Positions 8,992 through 17,009 of a stretch of 64,000 nucleotides of DNA are shown here, piece by piece. The DNA comes from Candidatus Iainarchaeum sp. (GTDB lineage: Archaea; Iainarchaeota; Iainarchaeia; Iainarchaeales; JAXPJC01). Within the stretch, counting starts at the first letter, position 1; every line of letters begins with the position of its first letter. The stretch covers positions 1 to 64,000 of the forward strand of contig JACPJC010000005.1 of the NCBI GenBank assembly GCA_016187745.1. Direction: 5' to 3'. The position numbers and the translations under genes are program-made. A model generated the notes under the pieces. The model worked only from the letters and a program-made list of their open reading frames with translations, ran no database searches and had not been told where the DNA came from.

Positions 8992-9225
8992 CTAATGCTT
9001 TGATTTCTTTTTCTTCCATCCATAAAGATACTCATCCACTCTTTGGCTTGCATCTTCATTTCCTTTGCCCCAATCAAAAGGCTTTAAATCGAAAAAGCTG
9101 CGTTTTTTATCTTGCTTATTTGAGCCATATGCAACTTTATCAATTTCTGCAGTAGCATTAGTTTTTCCAATTCCAAACAATCTTGGCTTCAAATCAAGGA
9201 AGCTTCTTTTCTTCTGTTTTTTCAT
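8992..9225 (-). CDS. Small protein of two tandem antitoxin-like C-terminal motifs
   Basis: KKRSFLDLKP...NATAEIDKVAYG and KKRSFFDLKP...DASQRVDEYLYG. Confidence 0.6.
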   Translation of the reverse strand: MKKQKKRSFLDLKPRLFGIGKTNATAEIDKVAYGSNKQDKKRSFFDLKPFDWGKGNEDASQRVDEYLYGWKKKKSKH

Positions 9226-9339
9226 TTTACTGCGCCCGCCTTCCTAACAATCCAACCAAGGGCCTTTTCTCATAGTGCGAAGGCACATACTTTACCAGCC
9301 TGAAACAAAACATTTGCACCACGCTCCGCAATAATTGCC

Positions 9340-9383
9340 TTTCAGGCCTTTTTAAATGCTTTCGGGACCATTCCGCCGGTGAA
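9340..9383 (-). repeat. Repeat family C (promoter-bearing): TTCACCGGCGGAATGGTCCCGAAAGCATTTAAAAAGGCCTGAAA
   Basis: Near-identical to 33478-33521 and related to 32693-32726. Confidence 0.8.
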
Positions 9384-9450
9384 GCGCAGCGGAGCAATGA
9401 AAAGCAAAAAACCGGAACAAAAATCAGATACGTGTTATGTAGCATCAAAC

Positions 9451-9747
9451 CTATTTTGCGCCCATCTTCCTCGTTTTATTGCATTCCAAGCAAGTTAAAA
9501 GCAGCATTTTCCCCTTAATGCGCAGCTTCGCGTTCTTTCCCAATTTCAAATAGGCTGAGCAGTATTTGCAGTAATTTGCTTTCAGTTCTTTGGGGATTTG
9601 CACATTATTGCGCTCCGCAATCTTCCTTGCAAGCTGCACATATCTCCTGCTCCGCTCGGGATGCTTTGAAAATTCATTCTCAGCCAGCTCAAAAAGCCGC
9701 CATATCCTCTCAACAGCAATCCTCTCAACAAAGCCCCTGTTCTGCAT
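9451..9747 (-). CDS. rnp4: RNase P protein component 4 (Rpp21)
   Basis: IAVERIWRLFELA, RRYVQLARKI, CxxC...CxxC zinc ribbon. Confidence 0.93.
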   Translation of the reverse strand: MQNRGFVERIAVERIWRLFELAENEFSKHPERSRRYVQLARKIAERNNVQIPKELKANYCKYCSAYLKLGKNAKLRIKGKMLLLTCLECNKTRKMGAK

Positions 9748-9748
9748 T

Positions 9749-10291
9749 TTATTTCCCCTTTTTATTTTTCATATACCAATCGAAAAAATCCAGAAACATT
9801 GAAGCAAAAGGCATTGATTCGCTTTTTACTGCTTTTCTAATTTCATCAATGCTGTAAAACCCGCCATCGGCAATTTCCATTCTGCTGAATTTCATTTTTC
9901 CATTATGCTTGCATTTAAACAATTGCACAAACTCGCTGTTGCAGTATTTGCCTTTCCCCCCATCAATTAATTTCTTTTTAACCAGTTTTTTAAGTTTTGG
10001 TTTTCTAATTTCCAATTCCTCCCGCAATCCGCGGATTGCAGCGCTTTCATAGTCCTCTCCTGCTTTAAGGTGCTCTCCCATAGCTCCGCCCCAGTGCAGA
10101 GGCGCAATGAACATGTTCTTGCTCCGCTTAACCATGAGCAGTTCCCCCTTTGGATTGAAAACCCACACATGAACAGCGCGGTGCAGCAATCCCTTTTCAT
10201 GCGCCTCCCGCAAAGTGGATTTCCCAATAATCTCATCCTTTGAATTCACAATATCAATAATTTCCCTTGATATGTCAGGCATTTTATTCAC
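9749..10291 (-). CDS. NUDIX hydrolase (IPP isomerase/YfcD-like)
   Basis: HRAVHVWVFN and GEDYESAAIRGLREELEI Nudix box. Confidence 0.88.
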   Translation of the reverse strand: MNKMPDISREIIDIVNSKDEIIGKSTLREAHEKGLLHRAVHVWVFNPKGELLMVKRSKNMFIAPLHWGGAMGEHLKAGEDYESAAIRGLREELEIRKPKLKKLVKKKLIDGGKGKYCNSEFVQLFKCKHNGKMKFSRMEIADGGFYSIDEIRKAVKSESMPFASMFLDFFDWYMKNKKGK

Positions 10292-10764
10292 AAGTCCTTC
10301 CGGTATATTTTTCCCGCAAGATAGTTCTCAATAACCTTCCTGCTAGGCTTGTACATGTTTTTCGGCAGTTCATCCAGCCCAAACCATTTCCATTCTGTAA
10401 TTTCATCCGGCTCCATTACCTGCGCCTCCCCCCCAAAATCCTCGCACAAAAAGCCAATGGTGATGAAATGCGCATCCTCAACCATTTCCTGCGTTATGCT
10501 TATCAATTTCAAATCCTTCACTTCAATCCCTGTTTCCTCCTTAACCTCATTCGCAGCGCGCTCCTCCAGAAACTCATGGAAGTGCAGCTTTCCCCCGGGC
10601 ATTGTCCATGTTCCTTCCCCGTGAAGCGCGGAATCCGCCTTCTGCGCATCAGAGTGCCTCAGCCCAAGCAGCACTTTCCCCGAGCGCAGCAGCATTACCC
10701 CTACCCCAACGCCGACTTTTGGCAATGGCTTTTCTTTATTCTCATGCGTTAGCTCTGGTGCCAT
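10288..10764 (-). CDS. NUDIX hydrolase (MutT/NUDT15-like)
   Basis: VGVGV, WTMPGG...EVKEETG, EPDEITEWKWF. Confidence 0.9.
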   Translation of the reverse strand: MAPELTHENKEKPLPKVGVGVGVMLLRSGKVLLGLRHSDAQKADSALHGEGTWTMPGGKLHFHEFLEERAANEVKEETGIEVKDLKLISITQEMVEDAHFITIGFLCEDFGGEAQVMEPDEITEWKWFGLDELPKNMYKPSRKVIENYLAGKIYRKDL

Positions 10765-11262
10765 CTAAATTCCTCTTTTAATCTTCAGAAATCTATTGGG
10801 TGCAGGCCTTTTTATAGGTTTTCTCCGCGCGGACTTTTGCAATCCGGAAAAAAGAGATTTGATGCCCGGACCAACATACACGCTATATGGGCGGTAATAT
10901 TTAAAGTTGTTTAGCGCAGCCATTACTTTTTCAAACGAATACTTTTTTACTGACATAAGATAGACCCCTGCAAATATATTGCTTGCATCCAAGCCTGCCA
11001 AACAAGTTATTGCAAACTTTCCCCTAATTCCTTTTGCAATTTTCAAAAAGTTATACGCTGTTTTGACGCCATATATGTCATTGTTTACAGCAGGTATCTG
11101 AATGAGTTTTATACCCGTGCCAGAAAACCTTTTTCTATCAGTTAAGTCAACTGGTGCTATGGTAAGCACAGTCTTTATATTCCGTTCTTTAAAAAACTCA
11201 GGGTTGTCTATATGCGCCCCGACAAAAACATTCGTGCCGGGGATTCTATCAACATCAAGCAT
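10765..11262 (-). CDS. Dual-specificity phosphatase-like orphan lacking the P-loop Arg
   Basis: IPGTNVFVG, IKTVLT, and ITCLAGLDAS versus consensus HCxAGxxRS. Confidence 0.7.
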   Translation of the reverse strand: MLDVDRIPGTNVFVGAHIDNPEFFKERNIKTVLTIAPVDLTDRKRFSGTGIKLIQIPAVNNDIYGVKTAYNFLKIAKGIRGKFAITCLAGLDASNIFAGVYLMSVKKYSFEKVMAALNNFKYYRPYSVYVGPGIKSLFSGLQKSARRKPIKRPAPNRFLKIKRGI

Positions 11263-11265
11263 AAA

Positions 11266-11453
11266 TGCGTCCGGTGGGATTCGAACCCACGTATGGAGCT
11301 AACCCCATAACTACAAACTTCCCTGAAAGAGCGGAAGTTATAAAAAATCGGCAATGAAATTATTTAACTTATATTCATTCCGCCGATTTTTTACAGAAAC
11401 TAAGGGTTTCTGATTATGGAGGGCTCCAGTCCTAACCACTAGACCACGGACGC
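11266..11453 (-). tRNA. tRNA-Gly(TCC) with 116-nt intron at 37/38 (intron 11301-11416)
   Basis: Acceptor GCGTCCG/CGGACGC-A, anticodon stem GGAGC/GCTCC, T arm GTGGG-TTCGAAT-CCCAC; relaxed BHB (CCTC pairs with GGGG, bulge TT|A). Confidence 0.92.
11341..11393. mobile_element. 53-bp MITE-like element with 12-bp terminal inverted repeats, nested in the tRNA-Gly intron
   Basis: TAAAAAATCGGC...GCCGATTTTTTA; absent from the homologous family A copy at 38263-38312. Confidence 0.55.
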
Positions 11454-11510
11454 CTCCTGAAATAATTATTTCAGAAAGCTTTTTATACTACTTTGCTTAT
11501 TGTTTAGGAC

Positions 11511-12458
11511 ATGGGCTGGGCGATTGAAAGCGCAATTGAAGTGTTCAAAAAGAGCCTTGACTACAAGAAGCTCTGGTTCTCCTATTTCCTTTTGCTTATA
11601 ATTTCACTCATTATCGGCGGAATAATACTGATAGCAGTAGTGGGCGTTCCAGCGGCAATGCTCTTCTCAAAATACCTTGTGCTGTATTCGCAGTATGCTT
11701 CTGCAACAGGCTCTTCGGAACTGGCTGCCATGGGAATAATCTTCGCATTGCTGCAGGCCCTGCCGCAGATTTTAACTGCGCTTGTTATAGTTGCAGTAGC
11801 ATATTTTGTAATTAATGCGCTCTGGGATGCATTCCTTTCAGGGCTGCAATTGAATATCGCGCTTGATTACCTCAAAAAGGCGAAATTCTCAATTGGAAGC
11901 GCCTCAGCAAAGACCAAGCCAAGATTCCTCACTTTGTTTGCCCTAAGCATAATATTTGGCATCCTGATTTTCCTTCTTGCATTGGTATTGTTCCTGCCAT
12001 TGCTGTTCTCGGCGCTGGGGATTATGAACCAGATTTCAACAGGGGCAGCTTCAGGGGCTTTGGCATCGCCGGGCGCTGACCTCTGGGTTAACATACTGCT
12101 TCAGACAGTATTTGCAATATTTGCATTTGTTGTTGTGATGCTCCTTGCAGCCCCTTTCCTTGCAATGATTGCGCCCGTTGCATTGTTTGAGAAGCGCGGC
12201 ATCGGCGCATCAATAGGGAGAATGATAGCGCTCGGCAAAAAGGACTATTTATCAACATTGGGCTATCTTATCCTTGTCGGGCTGCTCATGGCAGTTGTTT
12301 CCTGGGTAATCGGCTTCCTGCAGGCAGCGCTAGCGCTTATTCCTTTTGCAGGCATTGTGTTTTATATTGTTATAAGCGCAGTGCTCGGCACATGGTCCAT
12401 GGCATTCATAAGCCTAGCGCTCGCAAAGCTCTACCAGGTAAAAGCCCCAATGAAATAG
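11511..12458 (+). CDS. Polytopic membrane protein of unknown function
   Basis: About six hydrophobic helices; ALFEKRGIGASIGR pattern typical of GDPD-membrane-domain-like proteins. Confidence 0.75.
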   Translation: MGWAIESAIEVFKKSLDYKKLWFSYFLLLIISLIIGGIILIAVVGVPAAMLFSKYLVLYSQYASATGSSELAAMGIIFALLQALPQILTALVIVAVAYFVINALWDAFLSGLQLNIALDYLKKAKFSIGSASAKTKPRFLTLFALSIIFGILIFLLALVLFLPLLFSALGIMNQISTGAASGALASPGADLWVNILLQTVFAIFAFVVVMLLAAPFLAMIAPVALFEKRGIGASIGRMIALGKKDYLSTLGYLILVGLLMAVVSWVIGFLQAALALIPFAGIVFYIVISAVLGTWSMAFISLALAKLYQVKAPMK

Positions 12459-12490
12459 TTTTATTAACTTCGCATTTCTAATTCTCCCAT

Positions 12491-13147
12491 ATGCCAGGAA
12501 AAATAATTGCAATTGAGGGCGCTGACGCTTCAGGCAAATCAACGCAGTCAAAAATCCTTTCAGCGCGCCTGAAGAGGATTGGAAAAAATGCAGCAGTGAT
12601 TTCCTTCCCGCGCCACAATGAGTTTTTCGGCTCGCTTGTTGAAAGGCATCTGCGCGGGAAATTCGGCAATCCGCACGAACTTCCAGCGGAATTCTGCGCA
12701 CTGCTCTATTCCGTTGACCGCTACAATATGCTGAATGAAATAAAATCTGCGCTGAAGGAAGGCAAAATCCTCATAATGGACCGCTACATACAGTCAAACT
12801 TCGCCTTCCAGACAGCAAAATTCACAAATCCTGCGGAGCAGGACTCCTTCCTACAGTGGATGCAGATTGTGGAAAGCAGGATGCCGAAAGCCGATGCTGT
12901 AATATTCCTTGAAATGCCGGCTGAATTTTCCCAGAGGCTCCTGAAAAGGGAAAAAAAGAAAGCGGATTTGCATGAATCGAACCTAGCGTACCAGAAGCGC
13001 GTACTTGCAATTTATGAAAGGCTGGCGCGCTCCGGGAACTGGCTGCAGATAAAATGCGCGCTCAGGCAGCAGAATGGCAGATGGAAACTAAAATCAAGGA
13101 AGCAGGTTGCAGAGGAAATCTGGAACGGGATAAGGAAGAAAATTTGA
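12491..13147 (+). CDS. tmk: Thymidylate kinase
   Basis: IEGADASGKSTQ, LLYSVDR, MDRY, DLHE. Confidence 0.95.
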   Translation: MPGKIIAIEGADASGKSTQSKILSARLKRIGKNAAVISFPRHNEFFGSLVERHLRGKFGNPHELPAEFCALLYSVDRYNMLNEIKSALKEGKILIMDRYIQSNFAFQTAKFTNPAEQDSFLQWMQIVESRMPKADAVIFLEMPAEFSQRLLKREKKKADLHESNLAYQKRVLAIYERLARSGNWLQIKCALRQQNGRWKLKSRKQVAEEIWNGIRKKI

Positions 13148-13879
13148 CTATTTGACAGACGGCCTTCCGCTTGGCAATCTAAGTTTTCTATTTATTGCTT
13201 TTGAAACCCCATTTTGTGAAGATGTCTTAACTTGCTTGACTTCAACGCCTTCCTTTGCAAGCCTGTTAACAACTTCTGCCAGGATTCTTTTTGCTGTTGT
13301 TGTCTTATCTACCCTGAAAGTCCTTGCAATCCAACTTAAAGAATAAATCTGACGCGGGTATCTCCTTATGTGTGCCTCCAGAGCAGCACGAGCCCCTTCA
13401 AGCCTCAATTTTTCAAGCTTGCTTTTTGAGGGTCTTATTTTGTGTTTATCAATAACAATTCTTTCCACGGTTTGACGCGATACTCCAAATTTTTTTGCGA
13501 TTTCAGTTGGCGTTAGGCTAAGGTTGTTCCTGGCAAAAGACAAAATCCTTTTTTGTGCGTCCTCACTGATAGCTGCAAAGCGCCCATATGGCATTCTGGA
13601 TTTTTTTTTATCATTTGCAAGGGTTCTTTTGAATGAAAAGTCCCTCTGTTTTTCAAATTTTTCCAACAAACGCTCTGCAGAGTGCCATCCTATATTAAGG
13701 TCTTTCGCCATTTTGTTTGCAGAAACAGCAAGCCCCTTTTCAGCGGCATTCATTACATAATTAAGGGCTCTGGCGTGGGCATCCATCCAGCGGCTTGCTG
13801 CAATTTCCCTTCGTTTCTCTATCATTGGGCGCATACCTTTAGGATAGCTCCCAATTGGTTTCGGCTTTCTTGTGCGCAT
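13148..13879 (-). CDS. Basic multi-HTH orphan protein
   Basis: Three HTH-like segments (SANKMAKDLNIGWHSAERLL, TPTEIAKKFGVSRQTVERI, SLSWIARTFRVD). Confidence 0.7.
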   Translation of the reverse strand: MRTRKPKPIGSYPKGMRPMIEKRREIAASRWMDAHARALNYVMNAAEKGLAVSANKMAKDLNIGWHSAERLLEKFEKQRDFSFKRTLANDKKKSRMPYGRFAAISEDAQKRILSFARNNLSLTPTEIAKKFGVSRQTVERIVIDKHKIRPSKSKLEKLRLEGARAALEAHIRRYPRQIYSLSWIARTFRVDKTTTAKRILAEVVNRLAKEGVEVKQVKTSSQNGVSKAINRKLRLPSGRPSVK

Positions 13880-13882
13880 AAA

Positions 13883-14025
13883 TGCGACCGCCGGGATTCG
13901 GACCCGGGTCCTAACCTATTTGCTATGAAGATTATTTTATCTTTGGATAACCCTTAGACTTTCTCTTTTTCTAAAAGAGAAAGGCTTGGTGGCAAGGTCA
14001 GATCCTACCACTAGACTACAGTCGC
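13883..14025 (-). tRNA. tRNA-Gly(GCC) with 72-nt intron at 37/38 (intron 13918-13989)
   Basis: Acceptor GCGACTG/CGGTCGC-A, anticodon loop TT-GCC-A; BHB central helix TTGC/GCAA, bulge AT|A. T loop reads TCCGAAT. Confidence 0.92.
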
Positions 14026-14054
14026 TTATAGTAGAATTAAATATGGGAGCCTTT

Positions 14055-15767
14055 TTATCTTTTGCGCAAAAGCAGGATTGCAAGCGCAATGGCAATTATT
14101 GCAAGAACAGCGATTGCCGCAATAAGCACCAGATCGATATTCCCCGGAACTGCGGGAATGCCCCCCGCGCCTTCCCCCTGCCCCGCGCCTGCTGCATTTC
14201 CCTCTCCCCCTGTTCCTTCAGGCTTTTCTGTCCGCTTCTCCTCAAGGATTTCAATGTTCTGCAGATGCGCAATCCCCGGCCCGGAAATATCCACTTTCAT
14301 CGCCCCGTAATTCCAGTCCGCAAAAGAGTATGAAAGCGTTTTCTGCGTGTTTGAAGGAATCTGCTCAGCCGCGCTTCCTGAAATTCCAACACCGCTGATG
14401 TTTATGTCAGCGATTCCGTCCTGCATTCCGGAATTCTTCAGGATTACCTTTATTGTGAGCTTCCCATCCGAAATTTCAGGCACTATTGCGACCAGTTTTA
14501 TGTTTGCAGAATCTGAAACTTCCCCCCCGGCAGCATAAACTGAAACATTCCCCTCAATCTCCTGGTCAAAGCCCCTTATCGCATATCCGTAAATGTAATT
14601 CAATCCCGCAGTATCTGGCGCATCTGCATTCCAGGAAAGCGTTTTCCGCTCCGCTGGATTCAGCAGAACAAGCCTTTCCGCGCTTTCATAAACAAACTGC
14701 TCATGCAGCCTCATTTCAATCGGCGCAATGAATTTTCCATCAGTAAGGTTTGCAACTTCAAGATTGAAATCAAAGTTCTGCCGGCCCTTCAAATCCCCCG
14801 GGAACATCACATTCAGGCCCGTGTATTTCGAGAATTTGCTGAAATCATTCACAATCACATCCTCGCCCCTGTCAATTTTGACGCTTATGCCCTGCGTTGT
14901 CGTTATGGAATCAACGGCCTGGCTCTGGTCAAGCAGCTTTGCAAGCACCAAATGCGTCCCATCAACAAATCCCGCCTCAAGGTAAGTGGCGTCAAGCGCA
15001 ATCCACCCCGCTCCGGGAACAAAGAATTCCAGCCATGCGTGCGTATCCCATTTCTTTCCGCTGTAAACATATCCTACGATGTATCTTGTGGGAATCCCTC
15101 GCGCGCGGAGCAGCGCAGCTGTCAGGTTTGAGAACTCATCGCATGTTCCCTTCCTTACATCCAGGACTTCCTTTGCCGAGAGGACAGTCGTGAAATAATC
15201 CAAATCATAGGTTATGTATCCGTGCGCAAATTCCGCGGCCTTTATCGCATTTTCAAGAACTGAATTTGAGTTCAGGGTAGAAAACGCAAGGCTCCTTATC
15301 CCTGAATCATTTGACTGTATGTATGTGCTCTCCTGCAGGAATTGGGCTTCCTCATCTATCGGAGCGCCCAAATCATAGTCCTTCAGGTCAAAAACCTTGG
15401 AATTCGTCCTTATGCGCGCATTTATCGTGTATTTGAAATCCGCGCTTTCAATATTGCCTATTTTGAATATCGCATATTTATTCCCAAGCCCATCAGTTTC
15501 ATGCGTTGCATTTATCGCCCTGCTCCCAATCTGCAGCGCCTCACTAATCCCAAGCACCTCCTGGGCTTCATTGCTGGAAAACGTCTGCAGCTTTATCTCA
15601 ATCGTATCCCCCGCGCCTATGCTTCCGGAAATTGCCCCATCCCCAACAATAATTACATTAACATCCGCGCTCTGCACCCTTACAGGATTCCCCATCTCAA
15701 GCGCATATGCGTTTGAAAGAATAATTGCGGAAATAGCCAAAATAAAAAAATTTCTGATTGCGCTCAT
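14055..15767 (-). CDS. Secreted, membrane-anchored transglutaminase-like protein
   Basis: Signal peptide, GTCDEFS...HAW...LDAT Cys-His-Asp triad, Ig-like domains, C-terminal TM followed by RKR. Confidence 0.9.
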   Translation of the reverse strand: MSAIRNFFILAISAIILSNAYALEMGNPVRVQSADVNVIIVGDGAISGSIGAGDTIEIKLQTFSSNEAQEVLGISEALQIGSRAINATHETDGLGNKYAIFKIGNIESADFKYTINARIRTNSKVFDLKDYDLGAPIDEEAQFLQESTYIQSNDSGIRSLAFSTLNSNSVLENAIKAAEFAHGYITYDLDYFTTVLSAKEVLDVRKGTCDEFSNLTAALLRARGIPTRYIVGYVYSGKKWDTHAWLEFFVPGAGWIALDATYLEAGFVDGTHLVLAKLLDQSQAVDSITTTQGISVKIDRGEDVIVNDFSKFSKYTGLNVMFPGDLKGRQNFDFNLEVANLTDGKFIAPIEMRLHEQFVYESAERLVLLNPAERKTLSWNADAPDTAGLNYIYGYAIRGFDQEIEGNVSVYAAGGEVSDSANIKLVAIVPEISDGKLTIKVILKNSGMQDGIADINISGVGISGSAAEQIPSNTQKTLSYSFADWNYGAMKVDISGPGIAHLQNIEILEEKRTEKPEGTGGEGNAAGAGQGEGAGGIPAVPGNIDLVLIAAIAVLAIIAIALAILLLRKR

Positions 15768-16300
15768 TTTCCCGCCTTTTTCCTCTCAATTGCTATCCCA
15801 TTTTTTGCAATTTTTTCAGCATCCCTGACTTTAGAGTTCAGAATTTCCACTTCCTTATCACTCAACTCAATTTTATCCATGAATCTTAATAACCTTTCCC
15901 GCGAATGGGAGGCTTCCCTTTCGGCTATTTCAAGCTTCTTTGCAAAAAAGTCCATATTCTCAAAATCCCTGACCATGTTGATCGGGGAGTTATGTATTTC
16001 AAGCATACGAAATTTATTCTCAAGATAGATTTTGTTTGCCAGAAGGCGCTCCAATTCCCTCGTTTGTTTTGGATTGAGCAATTTGAAATTGCTTCTCCTG
16101 ACGGCCTCATTTGCAATGACCTTTGCAAAAACCCCATATCTAAATACATTGATGCCAAAATCAGCCTTTGTGGATTTTTCCCCCCTATAAATTGCGGGAA
16201 TTCTCCTTGCAGTTTCTCTCCATATCCTTATTGCAGCACCAGGAGTAAGTTTTCCGCGCCTCAAGCGGTAAAACGGGCGCTTTGAAGATTTTGGAGCCAT
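15764..16300 (-). CDS. Basic orphan protein downstream of tRNA-Val (MAPKSSKRPFYRLRR...)
   Basis: Start trimmed to ATG 16300 because the longer ORF overlaps the tRNA; stop overlaps the next start (ATGA). Confidence 0.65.
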   Translation of the reverse strand: MAPKSSKRPFYRLRRGKLTPGAAIRIWRETARRIPAIYRGEKSTKADFGINVFRYGVFAKVIANEAVRRSNFKLLNPKQTRELERLLANKIYLENKFRMLEIHNSPINMVRDFENMDFFAKKLEIAEREASHSRERLLRFMDKIELSDKEVEILNSKVRDAEKIAKNGIAIERKKAGK

Positions 16301-16316
16301 TGTTTCTTCCTGGAAT

Positions 16317-16467
16317 TGGGCCCGGGCGGGATCGAACCGCCGACCTTCGGCTTGTTTACAATTTCCCAAGGGATTAATTTTCTTTTGAACCCCAGGGCCT
16401 TTTCTTTTTTATAAAAAGAAAAGGGGCTGCTGTAAAGCCGACGTCATAGCCGCTAGACGACGAGCCC
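16317..16467 (-). tRNA. tRNA-Val(TAC) with 78-nt intron at 37/38 (intron 16353-16430)
   Basis: Acceptor GGGCTCG/CGGGCCC-A, anticodon stem TCGGC/GCCGA; BHB helix TTTA/TAAA, bulge CA|A. Confidence 0.93.
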
Positions 16468-16601
16468 TTTTTCCGTATTAATGAGCTGATGCAAAATATA
16501 TTTAAACAGAGCAAGCAAAGATTCCCGGAACCCATGCGAAACGCTTATAAATAACCTCAGCATAATTTAATCATTTGCAGGAAAATAAAAGAGGTGCCGA
16601 T

Positions 16602-17003
16602 ATGGACAACGCAACACACTTTAAAATCGGGGGCATGCGCCTTCCGAAGTTGTTGGGGGCATTCATTGCGCTTATTGCTGTGATAATGTTCTTCAGCTCA
16701 ATAGTTTCGCTTGAGGAAGCAAGCAGCGCAGTTTTAAAGGCAAAAACCTGCCTCTCAAGCATTGAATTCAACCAGGACGACTGCCGCGCCATGATTAAGG
16801 ACGTTACAGGCGTAACGGTTGCAAATGACCAGACAAAACTTACACTAAGGCAGATTTATTCCGCAATAGCTCCGCAGATTGCGTGGATTCTTGTATGGGC
16901 CGCGGCATTCCTTATCGGGATTGCGCTCTACAGGGGCAAAAAGCAGCTTGTGCCCATTGCAGCCGGCAAGGGCAGGGCTCGCGCGAAAAAGCGCAGGAAA
17001 TAA
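16602..17003 (+). CDS. Small two-TM membrane protein
   Basis: GAGGTG Shine-Dalgarno before ATG 16602; two hydrophobic helices. Confidence 0.7.
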   Translation: MDNATHFKIGGMRLPKLLGAFIALIAVIMFFSSIVSLEEASSAVLKAKTCLSSIEFNQDDCRAMIKDVTGVTVANDQTKLTLRQIYSAIAPQIAWILVWAAAFLIGIALYRGKKQLVPIAAGKGRARAKKRRK

Positions 17004-17009
17004 ATTTTA

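Noticed and set aside
9227-9448. 73-aa ORF upstream of the antitoxin-like gene
   Set aside because: It reads through promoter repeat C and has no recognisable protein features; at most a remnant.
11301-11416. Box C/D guide RNA within the long tRNA intron (as in tRNA-Trp)
   Set aside because: No RUGAUGA/CUGA box pair on the transcribed strand.
16301-16369. N-terminal extension of ORF 15764..16369
   Set aside because: It overlaps the tRNA-Val 3' exon and intron.
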